Assembly: GCF_044324785.1 (NCBI RefSeq)
Contig: NZ_CP172127.1
Origin: Escherichia coli
GTDB lineage: Bacteria; Pseudomonadota; Gammaproteobacteria; Enterobacterales; Enterobacteriaceae
DNA length: 64,000 nt
Reading direction: 5' to 3' (one strand)
The translations under genes were made by a program, and so were the position numbers. This document shows positions 9,758 through 21,621 of the stretch, piece by piece. Under the pieces are notes generated by a model that had not been told where the DNA came from, did no database searches, and saw nothing but the letters and a program-made list of their open reading frames with translations. Each line of letters begins with the position of its first letter. Positions within the stretch are counted from its first letter, which is position 1.

Positions 9758-11167
9758 ATGACAAGTATTCAACAACGAGCAGAACTGCACCGCCAGATAT
9801 GGCAAATTGCCAATGATGTCAGAGGTTCTGTTGACGGATGGGATTTTAAGCAATACGTTCTGGGCGCGCTTTTCTACCGTTTTATCAGCGAAAATTTTTC
9901 CAGCTATATTGAAGCCGGTGATGACAGTATCTGTTATGCGAAACTGGATGACAGCGTAATTACTGATGACATTAAAGACGATGCCATCAAAACTAAAGGC
10001 TACTTCATCTACCCAAGTCAGCTTTTCTGCAACGTAGCTGCGAAAGCAAATACCAATGACAGACTGAATGCAGATTTAAACAGTATCTTCGTTGCTATCG
10101 AAAGTTCTGCTTACGGTTACCCTTCAGAAGCTGACATCAAAGGTTTGTTTGCTGATTTCGATACCACCAGTAACCGCCTGGGTAACACCGTTAAGGATAA
10201 AAATGCCCGCCTGGCTGCGGTTCTGAAAGGGGTTGAAGGGTTAAAACTTGGTGACTTCAACGAACATCAGATTGACCTGTTCGGCGATGCCTATGAGTTC
10301 CTGATTTCTAACTATGCGGCGAATGCTGGTAAGTCAGGCGGCGAGTTTTTTACACCGCAGCATGTCTCTAAGCTGATTGCACAACTGGCTATGCACGGGC
10401 AGACCCACGTTAACAAAATCTACGACCCAGCCGCAGGTTCCGGTTCGCTGTTGTTACAGGCGAAAAAGCAGTTTGATGACCATATCATCGAAGAAGGCTT
10501 TTTTGGTCAGGAGATCAACCATACGACCTATAACCTGGCGCGTATGAACATGTTTTTGCACAACATCAACTACGACAAGTTTGATATCAAGCTGGGCAAT
10601 ACGCTGACTGAGCCGCACTTCAGAGATGAAAAACCGTTTGATGCCATCGTTTCTAACCCGCCGTATTCAGTGAAATGGATTGGCAGCGATGACCCGACGC
10701 TGATTAACGATGAGCGTTTTGCCCCGGCTGGCGTCCTGGCCCCCAAATCAAAAGCTGACTTCGCGTTTGTATTACATGCGCTGAACTATCTTTCGGCCAA
10801 AGGTCGCGCCGCGATTGTCTGCTTCCCGGGTATTTTTTACCGTGGCGGCGCAGAGCAGAAAATCCGTCAGTATCTGGTCGATAATAACTATGTCGAAACC
10901 GTGATTTCACTGGCACCGAACCTGTTCTTTGGCACCACCATTGCCGTAAACATTCTGGTGCTGTCTAAACATAAAACGGATACCAAAGTTCAGTTTATTG
11001 ACGCCAGCGAACTGTTCAAAAAAGAGACTAACAACAATATCCTGACCGATGCCCATATCGAACAGATTATGCAGGTATTTGCCAGCAAGGAAGATGTTGC
11101 TCATCTGGCGAAATCTGTTGCGTTTGAGACTGTTGTCGCGAATGACTATAACGGCTTTGTTGAATAA
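9758..11167 (+). pseudogene. hsdM: Type I restriction-modification methyltransferase HsdM, 3'-truncated by IS903 (last 5 codons and stop come from the IS)
   Basis: HsdM N-terminal domain ([35 protein letters not shown]), AdoMet motif [11 protein letters not shown], catalytic NPPYS. The reading frame enters the IS903 inverted repeat at 11153 (...NDYN|GFVE*). No hsdS or hsdR follows. Confidence 0.8.
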
Positions 11168-12209
11168 ATCAGATTTCGGGTAAGTCTCCCCCGTAGCGGG
11201 TTGTGTTTTCAGGCAATACGCACGCTTTCAGGCATACCTGCTTTCGTCATTTTGTTCAGCGCTCGTACCAGGGCCATAGCCTCCGCAACCTGACCATCGT
11301 AGTCACGCAGCGTCAGTGAACCCCCGAACAGCTGTTTTACCCGGTACATCGCCGTTTCCGCTATCGAGCGACGGTTGTAATCTGTTGTCCATTTCCACCG
11401 CGCATTACTCCCGGTCATTCGCTGATTAGCCACTGCACGGTTACGGTCTGCATATTCACCGGGCCAGTAACCCGCACCTTTTCGGGGAGGGATAAGCGCG
11501 CTGATTTTCTTACGCCGCAGTTCATCGTGACATAGCCGGGTATCGTAAGCGCCATCGGCGGCGGCTGACCTGATTTTCCGGTGGGTTTGCCGGATTAACC
11601 CGGGGAAGGCCTCTGAGTCCGTAACGTTGTTCAGCGACAGGTCAGCGCAGATGATTTCATGTGTTTTACTGTCAACGGCGAGATGCAGCTTACGCCAGAT
11701 ACGGCGGCGTTCCTGGCCATGCTTTTTGACTTTCCACTCGCCTTCACCGAAGACCTTCAGCCCGGTGGAATCAATTACCAGGTGTGCGATTTCACCCCGG
11801 GTGGGCGTTTTGAAACTGACATTAACCGACTTTGCCCGCCTGCTGACACAGCTGTAATCCGGGCAGCGTAGCGGAACGTTCATCAGAGAAAAAATGGAAT
11901 CAATAAAGCCCTGCGCAGCCCGCAGGGTCAGCCTGAATACGCGTTTAATGACCAGCACAGTAGTGATGGCAAGGTCAGAATAGCGCTGAGGTCTGCCTCG
12001 TGAAGAAGGTGTTGCTGACTCATACCAGGCCTGAATAGCTTCATCATCCAGCCAGAAAGTTATGGAGCCACGGTTGATGAGGGCTTTATTGTAGGTGGGC
12101 CAGTTGGTGATTTTGAACTTTTGCTTTGCCACGGAACGGTCTGCGTTGTCGGGAAGATACGTGATCTGATCCTTCAACTCAGCAAAAGTTCGATTTATTC
12201 AACAAAGCC
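11153..12209 (-). mobile_element. IS903 (IS5 family), complete 1057-bp copy with no flanking target duplication
   Basis: Terminal inverted repeats ggctttgttgaataaatc at 11153 and gatttattcaacaaagcc ending at 12209. Flanking 9-mers differ (gactataac vs gttacccgc). Confidence 0.9.
11209..12132 (-). CDS. IS903 transposase (307 aa from the VAKQKFKITNW start; track ORF extends to 12177)
   Basis: ...AKQKFKITNWPTYNKALINRGSITFWLDDEAIQAWYESATPSSRGRPQRYSD... matches the IS903 transposase as I recall it. Confidence 0.9.
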   Translation of the reverse strand: MAKQKFKITNWPTYNKALINRGSITFWLDDEAIQAWYESATPSSRGRPQRYSDLAITTVLVIKRVFRLTLRAAQGFIDSIFSLMNVPLRCPDYSCVSRRAKSVNVSFKTPTRGEIAHLVIDSTGLKVFGEGEWKVKKHGQERRRIWRKLHLAVDSKTHEIICADLSLNNVTDSEAFPGLIRQTHRKIRSAAADGAYDTRLCHDELRRKKISALIPPRKGAGYWPGEYADRNRAVANQRMTGSNARWKWTTDYNRRSIAETAMYRVKQLFGGSLTLRDYDGQVAEAMALVRALNKMTKAGMPESVRIA

Positions 12210-13339
12210 GTTACCCGCTCTTCAATCTCATGCAATTGATTATGCAATATCGCATTTTCATCCTTTTGCCCGGCTAATGAGTGGGTAAGCGTCTCAACTT
12301 CTTGCTGTAATGCGGAGCTCCTGGCCTGGAAAAACTCAAGTTCCTTCAGAACCCGATCTTTAAGAGAGAATAGGTACTCTTCAGCTGACAGCGTGGTGAT
12401 CCTATGATGGGCGGCGGCGATAAATTCATCATAAAAATCATCACTCTTTGCATCCAGGGCAACAACAAACTCTTTCACTTGCTGATAAAACGGGTGAAAT
12501 GCCGGACCAGAAATCGTGTTTAAATGCCACTCAAGGAACACGACAACATAGTTTTTATAATCTCTGAGACGGTGTTCCATCATCCCCTGCTGACAGATAA
12601 ACGCTTTAAGCGCCACCAATGCTTCAACAGCACAGCGGTGCGACTCTGCTCGCGTGGCGGATAGGGATTCACTACGGTTGATGGTATGAGAAATTAACGT
12701 TTCATTTAAGACCGAAATTCTGTTCGCCATGAGCATAAATGCGCAGACGAAGAAAAGATCGTTGGTCGTCCTGATTTCCTGAAAGCGAAGCTGATGACTA
12801 GTAATAAATTGACGCCTGAGAAGCTTGTCCCATGGCCACCAGACAAAGGTGCGGAAAAAGTCAGAGGGAATATCCTGGGATGAAAAAAACTTGAGATCAG
12901 GTAACAGCTCCTGGCGCACTGACCACGGCATCGGAGCATAAACCTGCAAGGCGGGATCAAAAGACTGGCTGCGACAGATAACGACATCCGCTTGTATATC
13001 GCTAGCACGTGCGTACATGCGCTCCAACATCATGTTATCGACATAATCGTCGTCATCAAGAAAAATAACGTACTCACCGGTAGCAGCATCCAACCCGATG
13101 TTTCTTGAGCCTCCCCCACCAAGATTTGTCGTGTTGTTAATGACTCTAATTCGTGAATCAGTTTCAGCCAGCGCCGAGACAATCTCTAAGGTATTATCGT
13201 CAGAACAATCGTTGACAATAATGATTTCAATATCATTTAATGTTTGCGACAAAACAGTGCTCAATGTGTCGGAAATATATCCCGCCGCATTGTGCACAGG
13301 GATAATAACGGAAACAGCTATACTCTCTTTTTCAGACAT
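12179..13339 (-). CDS. Family-2 glycosyltransferase with C-terminal coiled coil (KfoC-like position after wbbO); extreme 3' end replaced by IS903 sequence
   Basis: GT2 N-terminus VSVIIPVHNAAGYISDTLSTVLSQTLNDIEIIIVNDCSDDNT and a DDD motif (FLDDDDY). The last ~9 codons (ALLNKSNFC*) read out of the IS903 inverted repeat at 12209. Confidence 0.7.
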   Translation of the reverse strand: MSEKESIAVSVIIPVHNAAGYISDTLSTVLSQTLNDIEIIIVNDCSDDNTLEIVSALAETDSRIRVINNTTNLGGGGSRNIGLDAATGEYVIFLDDDDYVDNMMLERMYARASDIQADVVICRSQSFDPALQVYAPMPWSVRQELLPDLKFFSSQDIPSDFFRTFVWWPWDKLLRRQFITSHQLRFQEIRTTNDLFFVCAFMLMANRISVLNETLISHTINRSESLSATRAESHRCAVEALVALKAFICQQGMMEHRLRDYKNYVVVFLEWHLNTISGPAFHPFYQQVKEFVVALDAKSDDFYDEFIAAAHHRITTLSAEEYLFSLKDRVLKELEFFQARSSALQQEVETLTHSLAGQKDENAILHNQLHEIEERVTALLNKSNFC

Positions 13340-13460
13340 GCAATCACCTTGACGCTTAGCTTATAAACGTAATTATATTTATTTATGGGTAGCGTTTAAT
13401 TTGTAGGTTGCCAGTTTATTAAGGATGGGTAAGATGAAAGCGACTGAGCTTCATCAAAAA

Positions 13461-14594
13461 TTACTCTTCAACAACATCACGATATGTTTTTAATGTTTTA
13501 TTAATGATCATCACACTCGAGAATTTATCTTGAATGCGTTTTCTGCCATTGATACCCATTGCGACGCGCGTTTCTGGGTTATCCAACAGGAAACCGAGTT
13601 TCTCCGCTAATTCCTCGACAGATTTACTTTTTACAATCAACCCATTATAGTTATTGATAATTAAGCTATCACAGCCACCAACATCATAAGCGATACAAGC
13701 GCGCCCGACAGAGGAAGCTTCCAGCAAGATACGCGGTACGCCTTCGGCGTAGACCGACGGCAAAGCAACGATATTTGATTCTTCAATTAAATCAAATACA
13801 TTAGAGCAATGACCGAGCCAGTTAATCACGCCTTCGCTTTGCCACTTCTGTATCGTCGCCAGCGGAATTGCGTCTTTATCATTCTCAACTAAAATACCGG
13901 CAACATTCAGCGTAAAGTGAATATTTTTATTACTCAGTATTTTTTTGGCTTCAATCAGGTCACCCAGTCCTTTACTCCACAGCATACGGCTGGCAAAAAG
14001 GACGACCGGAACATCACGCTGCTGCTCCAGAGAGTATTTGTAAATCTCTGGATTAATACCCGCGCCATCAATAACAATAGTCTGTTTGTAATCGATACCA
14101 ACCAGATCGGCAAGTTTAGCTCTGTCTTTATCATGTTCGAACATAAACAAACTGCATTTGTTACTGGCGATATACTTATATGCCATAACAGTAAAACTTC
14201 GCAGCAGCTTAAGACAGGCAGACTCTGCGGAAAATACTCGGCCCAAACCGACAAAACTCAGAATAACAGGACGATGGGTACTTTTAGCCAGAAAACCGCC
14301 GATCAAACAGGGCTTGATGGTAATGCAGTGCAACAAATCTGGATTGATGTTTTGAATAATTTTCCGAGCCTTAGAAAAGGCCCGAAAGAAAATCAAAACG
14401 TTGAATGATTGGGCGACAAGTGGAATGTTATGGCAAACAAAACCTAATGTCCTGAATTTTTCCGCTATTTTATCATCGACAAAATGGCTAATAATGTGAA
14501 TCTCATAACCGGCATCTCGGGCGGCAATTGCACGATCGGTCCAATGCAAATCAAAATACCAATCCGAATTTATGAAATAACACAGTTTTTTCAT
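13461..14594 (-). CDS. wbbO: WbbO-like galactosyltransferase (GT4), 377 aa from MKKLCYFINSDWYF
   Basis: GT4 C-terminal EX7E-type region (EGVPRILLEASSVGRACIAYDVGGC). Size and position match Klebsiella rfb(O1/O2) WbbO from memory. The track ORF starts at a GTG at 14606. Confidence 0.75.
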   Translation of the reverse strand: MKKLCYFINSDWYFDLHWTDRAIAARDAGYEIHIISHFVDDKIAEKFRTLGFVCHNIPLVAQSFNVLIFFRAFSKARKIIQNINPDLLHCITIKPCLIGGFLAKSTHRPVILSFVGLGRVFSAESACLKLLRSFTVMAYKYIASNKCSLFMFEHDKDRAKLADLVGIDYKQTIVIDGAGINPEIYKYSLEQQRDVPVVLFASRMLWSKGLGDLIEAKKILSNKNIHFTLNVAGILVENDKDAIPLATIQKWQSEGVINWLGHCSNVFDLIEESNIVALPSVYAEGVPRILLEASSVGRACIAYDVGGCDSLIINNYNGLIVKSKSVEELAEKLGFLLDNPETRVAMGINGRKRIQDKFSSVMIINKTLKTYRDVVEE

Positions 14595-14606
14595 TGCTAT
14601 GTCCAC

Positions 14607-16666
<2,060 letters not shown>

Positions 16667-18559
16667 TTAGCCAAGAATCGAACGGCGAACTTTATAATAA
16701 TATTTGATGAGCTTATTTCTTCTTGGCGAACCGACAGGAGCATATTTGTTAACATATGGCATTAAAGCTCTTTTAATCTTTGTCTGCAGTAACACGGTTT
16801 GCTGCAGTTCAGTATGTTGGTTAGGTACTACCGTGGCCACAGGTAACTGGCGATAGTAGATTTCTTTCTCCCATGGCGTACTTAAAACATTCTCAAGAAA
16901 ATCATCATAGAAATCGACTTTCTCAGTATTCCATGGTTTGTTTTCACCCGCATAGTGAATCATTTTTGGATTTCTTCTGGCTTGCAAAAAGCGCATATAG
17001 GTTGAAAACTTGAGATTCGGGAAGAAATCATCGGTATTACCATTACCATGGTACACGTTCCATTCTAATGGTAAGAATTTGACTCGGCCAAAGAAGACTT
17101 TGTTCATGATATCCTGATCTAAGAACCAATACTTTTTGGCTTTCAATGCTGACATCAATTGAGCAAAGGTATTCTCTGTAACCATTTGTTCGACATTAAA
17201 AACAATAATCCCGGCCTGAAAATATTCGTCAGGATTAGTCATTCCTAATGTCTTTTTCAGGTATTGCTCTGCAGGCATAATGCCATCATCTGATTCTGAC
17301 ATGGTACCAAACTTCACAAACCCTTCCATGACGATGTCTTTAACAGCGGCAACCAGGTTAGTGCCGATCTCGACATCCAGAAGTGTCGCCAAATCAGCCT
17401 TCACCACGGTGTCAGAATCGATAAACACAACTTTTTTATACTCGCGGAAAAGTTGCGGGATGAACAAGCGCGCATAGGTCGACGCACTAAAATGTGCACG
17501 GGTATGAACATCACTCATCTCAGTGAATGAATTCACATCAAAAAAGCGCAATGATATGTTGTTATGACCAGCAACTAGCTTGATAAGGCGTTGTTTATTT
17601 AAATGACTGACCTTATTTTCCAGAACAACGATATCATAGTTTCTGCTCGCATCAGAATGGAGAACAATTGAATTGATTAATGCCCCGCCACTTAATGCAT
17701 AGTTATTATCAAAACTAATAACAACCGGTACGCTTTCGTCAAAAACGGGCTTTAATTTACCATTAAATGTTTCAGCAGTAACAAACGTGCGCTGTAGTTC
17801 TTTTATTTTTAGCTGTTTATCTTGTTGACATTTGATGATATAGATATTGAATAAACGCTCAGCAATGTGTCCTATAACTCGTTTTTCTTGAGCGTTGTAG
17901 TTATTCATCGAAATCCGATCTTCAAGATTAGACAAAATAGCAAAAAGCCATTCAGAATAATCCAGGAACATGTCTTTGCGCATAACAAACATGTTCGTAT
18001 AATAACCATCAGTTGCATTATTGAATTGTTGAATCGCAGCTTTATATTGTGGATACAGCTCTTCAACGACATCCAGGGCAGACTGATAGTCTTTAATGTG
18101 TAAAAACTCACCTTTTGCATAATGATCAAGGTTATTCTTACTTCCTGCCGATGTTACCGACCATTTTTTGGGTAACAGCAGATCATATCCATCGACGCAG
18201 GTGCTTATGGATTCATCACTTAATCCAAACTGGCTTTCGTATTCGGCATTGATGAGCGGGTAGTTGACTACCCCCCAGTTATCCTCAGGATGATTTTGTT
18301 GTTCTGCAAAGTTCAAGTGTCTGCGGTAATGCATGAATCCCACATAGTCAGCCAGAGATTCATTCTTCCACACCCAGTAGTGGGCCGTCAGCTCACAATA
18401 GAAGGGGTTTTTAAAGGAAATGTTGTCTCCGCTATCATCCCCTTCACAGCCAATATCATTATAAGTATTAGCCTTCCCGACATGCAGTGGTTTAATAATA
18501 GAGGCATTTAGAAAAGCACTGGGTTTGTGGTGACATGTATAAATTTTGATACTATTCAT
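16667..18559 (-). CDS. wbbM: WbbM-like bifunctional galactosyltransferase (N-terminal DUF4422-like domain plus C-terminal GT8), 630 aa
   Basis: GT8 motifs FIDSDTVV (DxD) and HYAGENKPW in the C-terminal half. Size and order as in the Klebsiella D-galactan I cluster. Confidence 0.78.
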   Translation of the reverse strand: MNSIKIYTCHHKPSAFLNASIIKPLHVGKANTYNDIGCEGDDSGDNISFKNPFYCELTAHYWVWKNESLADYVGFMHYRRHLNFAEQQNHPEDNWGVVNYPLINAEYESQFGLSDESISTCVDGYDLLLPKKWSVTSAGSKNNLDHYAKGEFLHIKDYQSALDVVEELYPQYKAAIQQFNNATDGYYTNMFVMRKDMFLDYSEWLFAILSNLEDRISMNNYNAQEKRVIGHIAERLFNIYIIKCQQDKQLKIKELQRTFVTAETFNGKLKPVFDESVPVVISFDNNYALSGGALINSIVLHSDASRNYDIVVLENKVSHLNKQRLIKLVAGHNNISLRFFDVNSFTEMSDVHTRAHFSASTYARLFIPQLFREYKKVVFIDSDTVVKADLATLLDVEIGTNLVAAVKDIVMEGFVKFGTMSESDDGIMPAEQYLKKTLGMTNPDEYFQAGIIVFNVEQMVTENTFAQLMSALKAKKYWFLDQDIMNKVFFGRVKFLPLEWNVYHGNGNTDDFFPNLKFSTYMRFLQARRNPKMIHYAGENKPWNTEKVDFYDDFLENVLSTPWEKEIYYRQLPVATVVPNQHTELQQTVLLQTKIKRALMPYVNKYAPVGSPRRNKLIKYYYKVRRSILG

Positions 18560-18573
18560 CTTATTACCAATTA

Positions 18574-19314
18574 TTAAGCCATTGCTTGCTTGTAAAGTTC
18601 AATGATTCTCTCTGCTGAGCCAATTTCGCGGAGTTTATGGTTTTCGATCCAAACAACTCTGTCACAGATTTTTTCAACATCACTCATATTGTGGCTAACG
18701 AATAATATCGTTACACCCTTATTTTTGAAGTCTCGTATTGTTTGTATACATTTGGCCTGGAACGAAATGTCACCGACAGCAAGTACCTCATCGATAATAA
18801 GTATATCGGGTTCTACCTGGCTGATGACAGAGAATCCAAGCTTCGCAAGCATACCACTTGAGTACACGCGAATAGGTTCGTCAATGAAATCACCCAGCTC
18901 GGAGAACTCAATTATCCGATCCATCCGTTGCTGAACCTCTTTGCGGCGTAGCCCAAGCAGGGTCGCATTGAGATAAATATTTTCTCGCCCGGTTAATTCA
19001 GGGTGAAAACCGCCGCCTAGCTCAAGCATTGAGGCAACGCGTCCCTGGGTTGTAACAGTGCCTTTTGTAGGCTTAATGACGCCGGCCACCAGCCCGAGGG
19101 AGGTACTTTTCCCTGCGCCGTTACGACCAATCAGCGCTACGGCCTCGCCTTTACCCACGGTGAAGGTAATGTCTTCGATCGCAAGATATTTACGCCCTTT
19201 TAACAGCTGAAAAGCTCTTTTAGGGTGAAATACGAGATCCTTAATTCCTGAGCCAATATGGTGGTAAAGAGGATACTCTTTCGTAACGTGACTAAAGTTT
19301 ATTACTGGTTCCAT
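18574..19314 (-). CDS. wzt: O-polysaccharide ABC transporter ATP-binding protein Wzt (246 aa, no C-terminal carbohydrate-binding domain)
   Basis: Walker A GRNGAGKST, signature YSSGMLAKLGF, Walker B ILIIDEVLAVGD. Start overlaps the wzm stop at 19314. Confidence 0.88.
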   Translation of the reverse strand: MEPVINFSHVTKEYPLYHHIGSGIKDLVFHPKRAFQLLKGRKYLAIEDITFTVGKGEAVALIGRNGAGKSTSLGLVAGVIKPTKGTVTTQGRVASMLELGGGFHPELTGRENIYLNATLLGLRRKEVQQRMDRIIEFSELGDFIDEPIRVYSSGMLAKLGFSVISQVEPDILIIDEVLAVGDISFQAKCIQTIRDFKNKGVTILFVSHNMSDVEKICDRVVWIENHKLREIGSAERIIELYKQAMA

Positions 19315-20093
19315 TACAAAATCTCTGCAAATCGATATTTTAATTTATTAAAAATACTCAGGCCCACAATTGTCAGGACTAAACCTGTAATGTAAAGGAT
19401 TGAAATATATTCATAATTTAAGACGCCATCCATGAACAGCTGCCGCCAGCTGAGGATCATGCTTGCCAGAGGATTATAGGTAATAATCCAGCTAAATTTT
19501 TCAGGAATCATATCTGACGCATATAATATCGGCGTGCAATAAAACATGAGCATGATACCAAGGCTGACAAATCGCTCTAAATCCCTGAAGAACAGATTTA
19601 GCGTAGAAAATATGATTGAAATACCAAATGTAAAAATCACCTGACCAAGCGCAATAATTGGTACGCCCCAGAGCCATGAGAGCGATGGACGCATACCATA
19701 CACGAACAGGAATGCAATAATCACAGGAATTGTACACAAGAAATGTACCCCTTCCATCATGACATTACTCAATGGAATAACTGAGCGCGGAAAAACTGTT
19801 TTTTTGATTATTTGCGCATTGGCTATAAACGAAAACAAGGAATTTGTCGCCGAGCTGGCAAACCATTGCCACGGAAATAAACCGGTAATCAAGAAAAGGG
19901 TATAATTCGGGATCTGCACTCGCATAACGAGCTTAAAAATGAAATAATATATCATTGCAAAAAGCAGTGGATTCGCAATTGACCATAAGTAACCAAATAC
20001 GCTGCTTTTATAACGTACCTTTAAATCTTTGTTTGTTATAACAACAAGAAGATCAAACAAATACCCTATATTATACTTCATTTTTATACTCAT
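19314..20093 (-). CDS. wzm: O-polysaccharide ABC-2 transporter permease Wzm (259 aa)
   Basis: Multi-pass hydrophobic ABC-2 type protein (...DLKVRYKSSVFGYLWSIANPLLFAMIYYFIF...). First gene of the cassette. Confidence 0.88.
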   Translation of the reverse strand: MSIKMKYNIGYLFDLLVVITNKDLKVRYKSSVFGYLWSIANPLLFAMIYYFIFKLVMRVQIPNYTLFLITGLFPWQWFASSATNSLFSFIANAQIIKKTVFPRSVIPLSNVMMEGVHFLCTIPVIIAFLFVYGMRPSLSWLWGVPIIALGQVIFTFGISIIFSTLNLFFRDLERFVSLGIMLMFYCTPILYASDMIPEKFSWIITYNPLASMILSWRQLFMDGVLNYEYISILYITGLVLTIVGLSIFNKLKYRFAEIL

Positions 20094-20390
20094 AAATTAT
20101 TCTACAAAAAATTCCGTACGTAATATGTATCAAACAGAATTATCGATAAGATCTGCTGTGCTCGAGAGACGAACAGCTATTCCCATAAACAAAGACCAAT
20201 TGTAACATCATTTTGCACAAGCAATATGTAAACAATCTTTCCTGCGCATTAGCACTCCGGAATCGGAGATGATCGCTAACCTCAGTAACCGCTGAATGAA
20301 AATGTGATTCTCGTGGAAGATACATAAACCATCCTTTAAGATTGTAAATAAAATGTTAAATCGAACAATGAGTTTATTCTAAAATTCAGA

Positions 20391-20402
20391 CACGCTACCG
20401 CC
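20391..20402 (-). promoter_or_regulatory. ops element (RfaH recruitment site) within a JUMPstart-type leader of the wzm operon
   Basis: The plus strand reads cacgctaccgcc, whose reverse complement is GGCGGTAGCGTG, the canonical ops 12-mer. It is on the coding strand of the cassette, ~300 nt upstream of the wzm ATG. Confidence 0.8.
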
Positions 20403-21021
20403 ATTGGCTATCGCAACCAAAATGCGGACTCCCCTCTCTAAAGTGTCTGTCTTACCCGGTCTTACCGTAACGAAGAGGATACGCTCGTCGTTAGCTCCAC
20501 AAGCATTACCGGCGCAGCATTCATGAAGCCACAAACAGCCTAGTCAGCGTTCGGCAAAAAAGCTAAAAACAAACGGATATCTGTACTCAGCGCCCCTCTC
20601 CGGACTCACATCCATCGCTACACCGCAACAAATGCACCGCTACTTTCCCCAGTTTATGGCATCCTATCCATCAGGACTTTCTCATTTCACCCTTGAAACC
20701 AACAAAAAGCGTCACTCTCGGCAGTATGACTTCAACAGCCATGTAGCTGGGCGCTCCGCATCTCTACATGAGTCAGGCAGAGTATTAAGTTCGCGGGCAG
20801 GCAGCGGCAACACCACCAGGATAACGTACTTCCTCATCCTATCTTGCATAAAAGTGAATTTGACTTTTCTTCAAAAGTGGTCAAATCCGAGCGTCGTAGG
20901 GTACGTTTGCTGCGCATTATCAATAATGCATCCGTAGGACGTGAATTACGCGCGCATTATAGCTCTGGTCTGGAAGAATAAAAATGAAAAAGCATGACCA
21001 ATCCATCCAGCCAAAAAATAC

Positions 21022-21454
<433 letters not shown>

Positions 21455-21621
21455 TGTAAGCGTCGTCTGAGTACCGTCTGGTCCCGAATCCAGGATCCTG
21501 TAACTTAAGCACCCACTTATTTTGCAGGTGGACACCTCATGCGCACCAAAGAACGACTCCCCCGGAAACGCTATTCTCCTGAATTTAAAATGGAACTGGT
21601 CAGGCTGGCCCTTGAACAAGA

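Noticed and set aside
20140-20937. Small ORFs (61 and 101 aa) upstream of wzm
   Set aside because: They lie in the untranslated JUMPstart/ops leader and the region beyond it, and have no Shine-Dalgarno sequence or recognisable sequence. The leader function explains the interval better.
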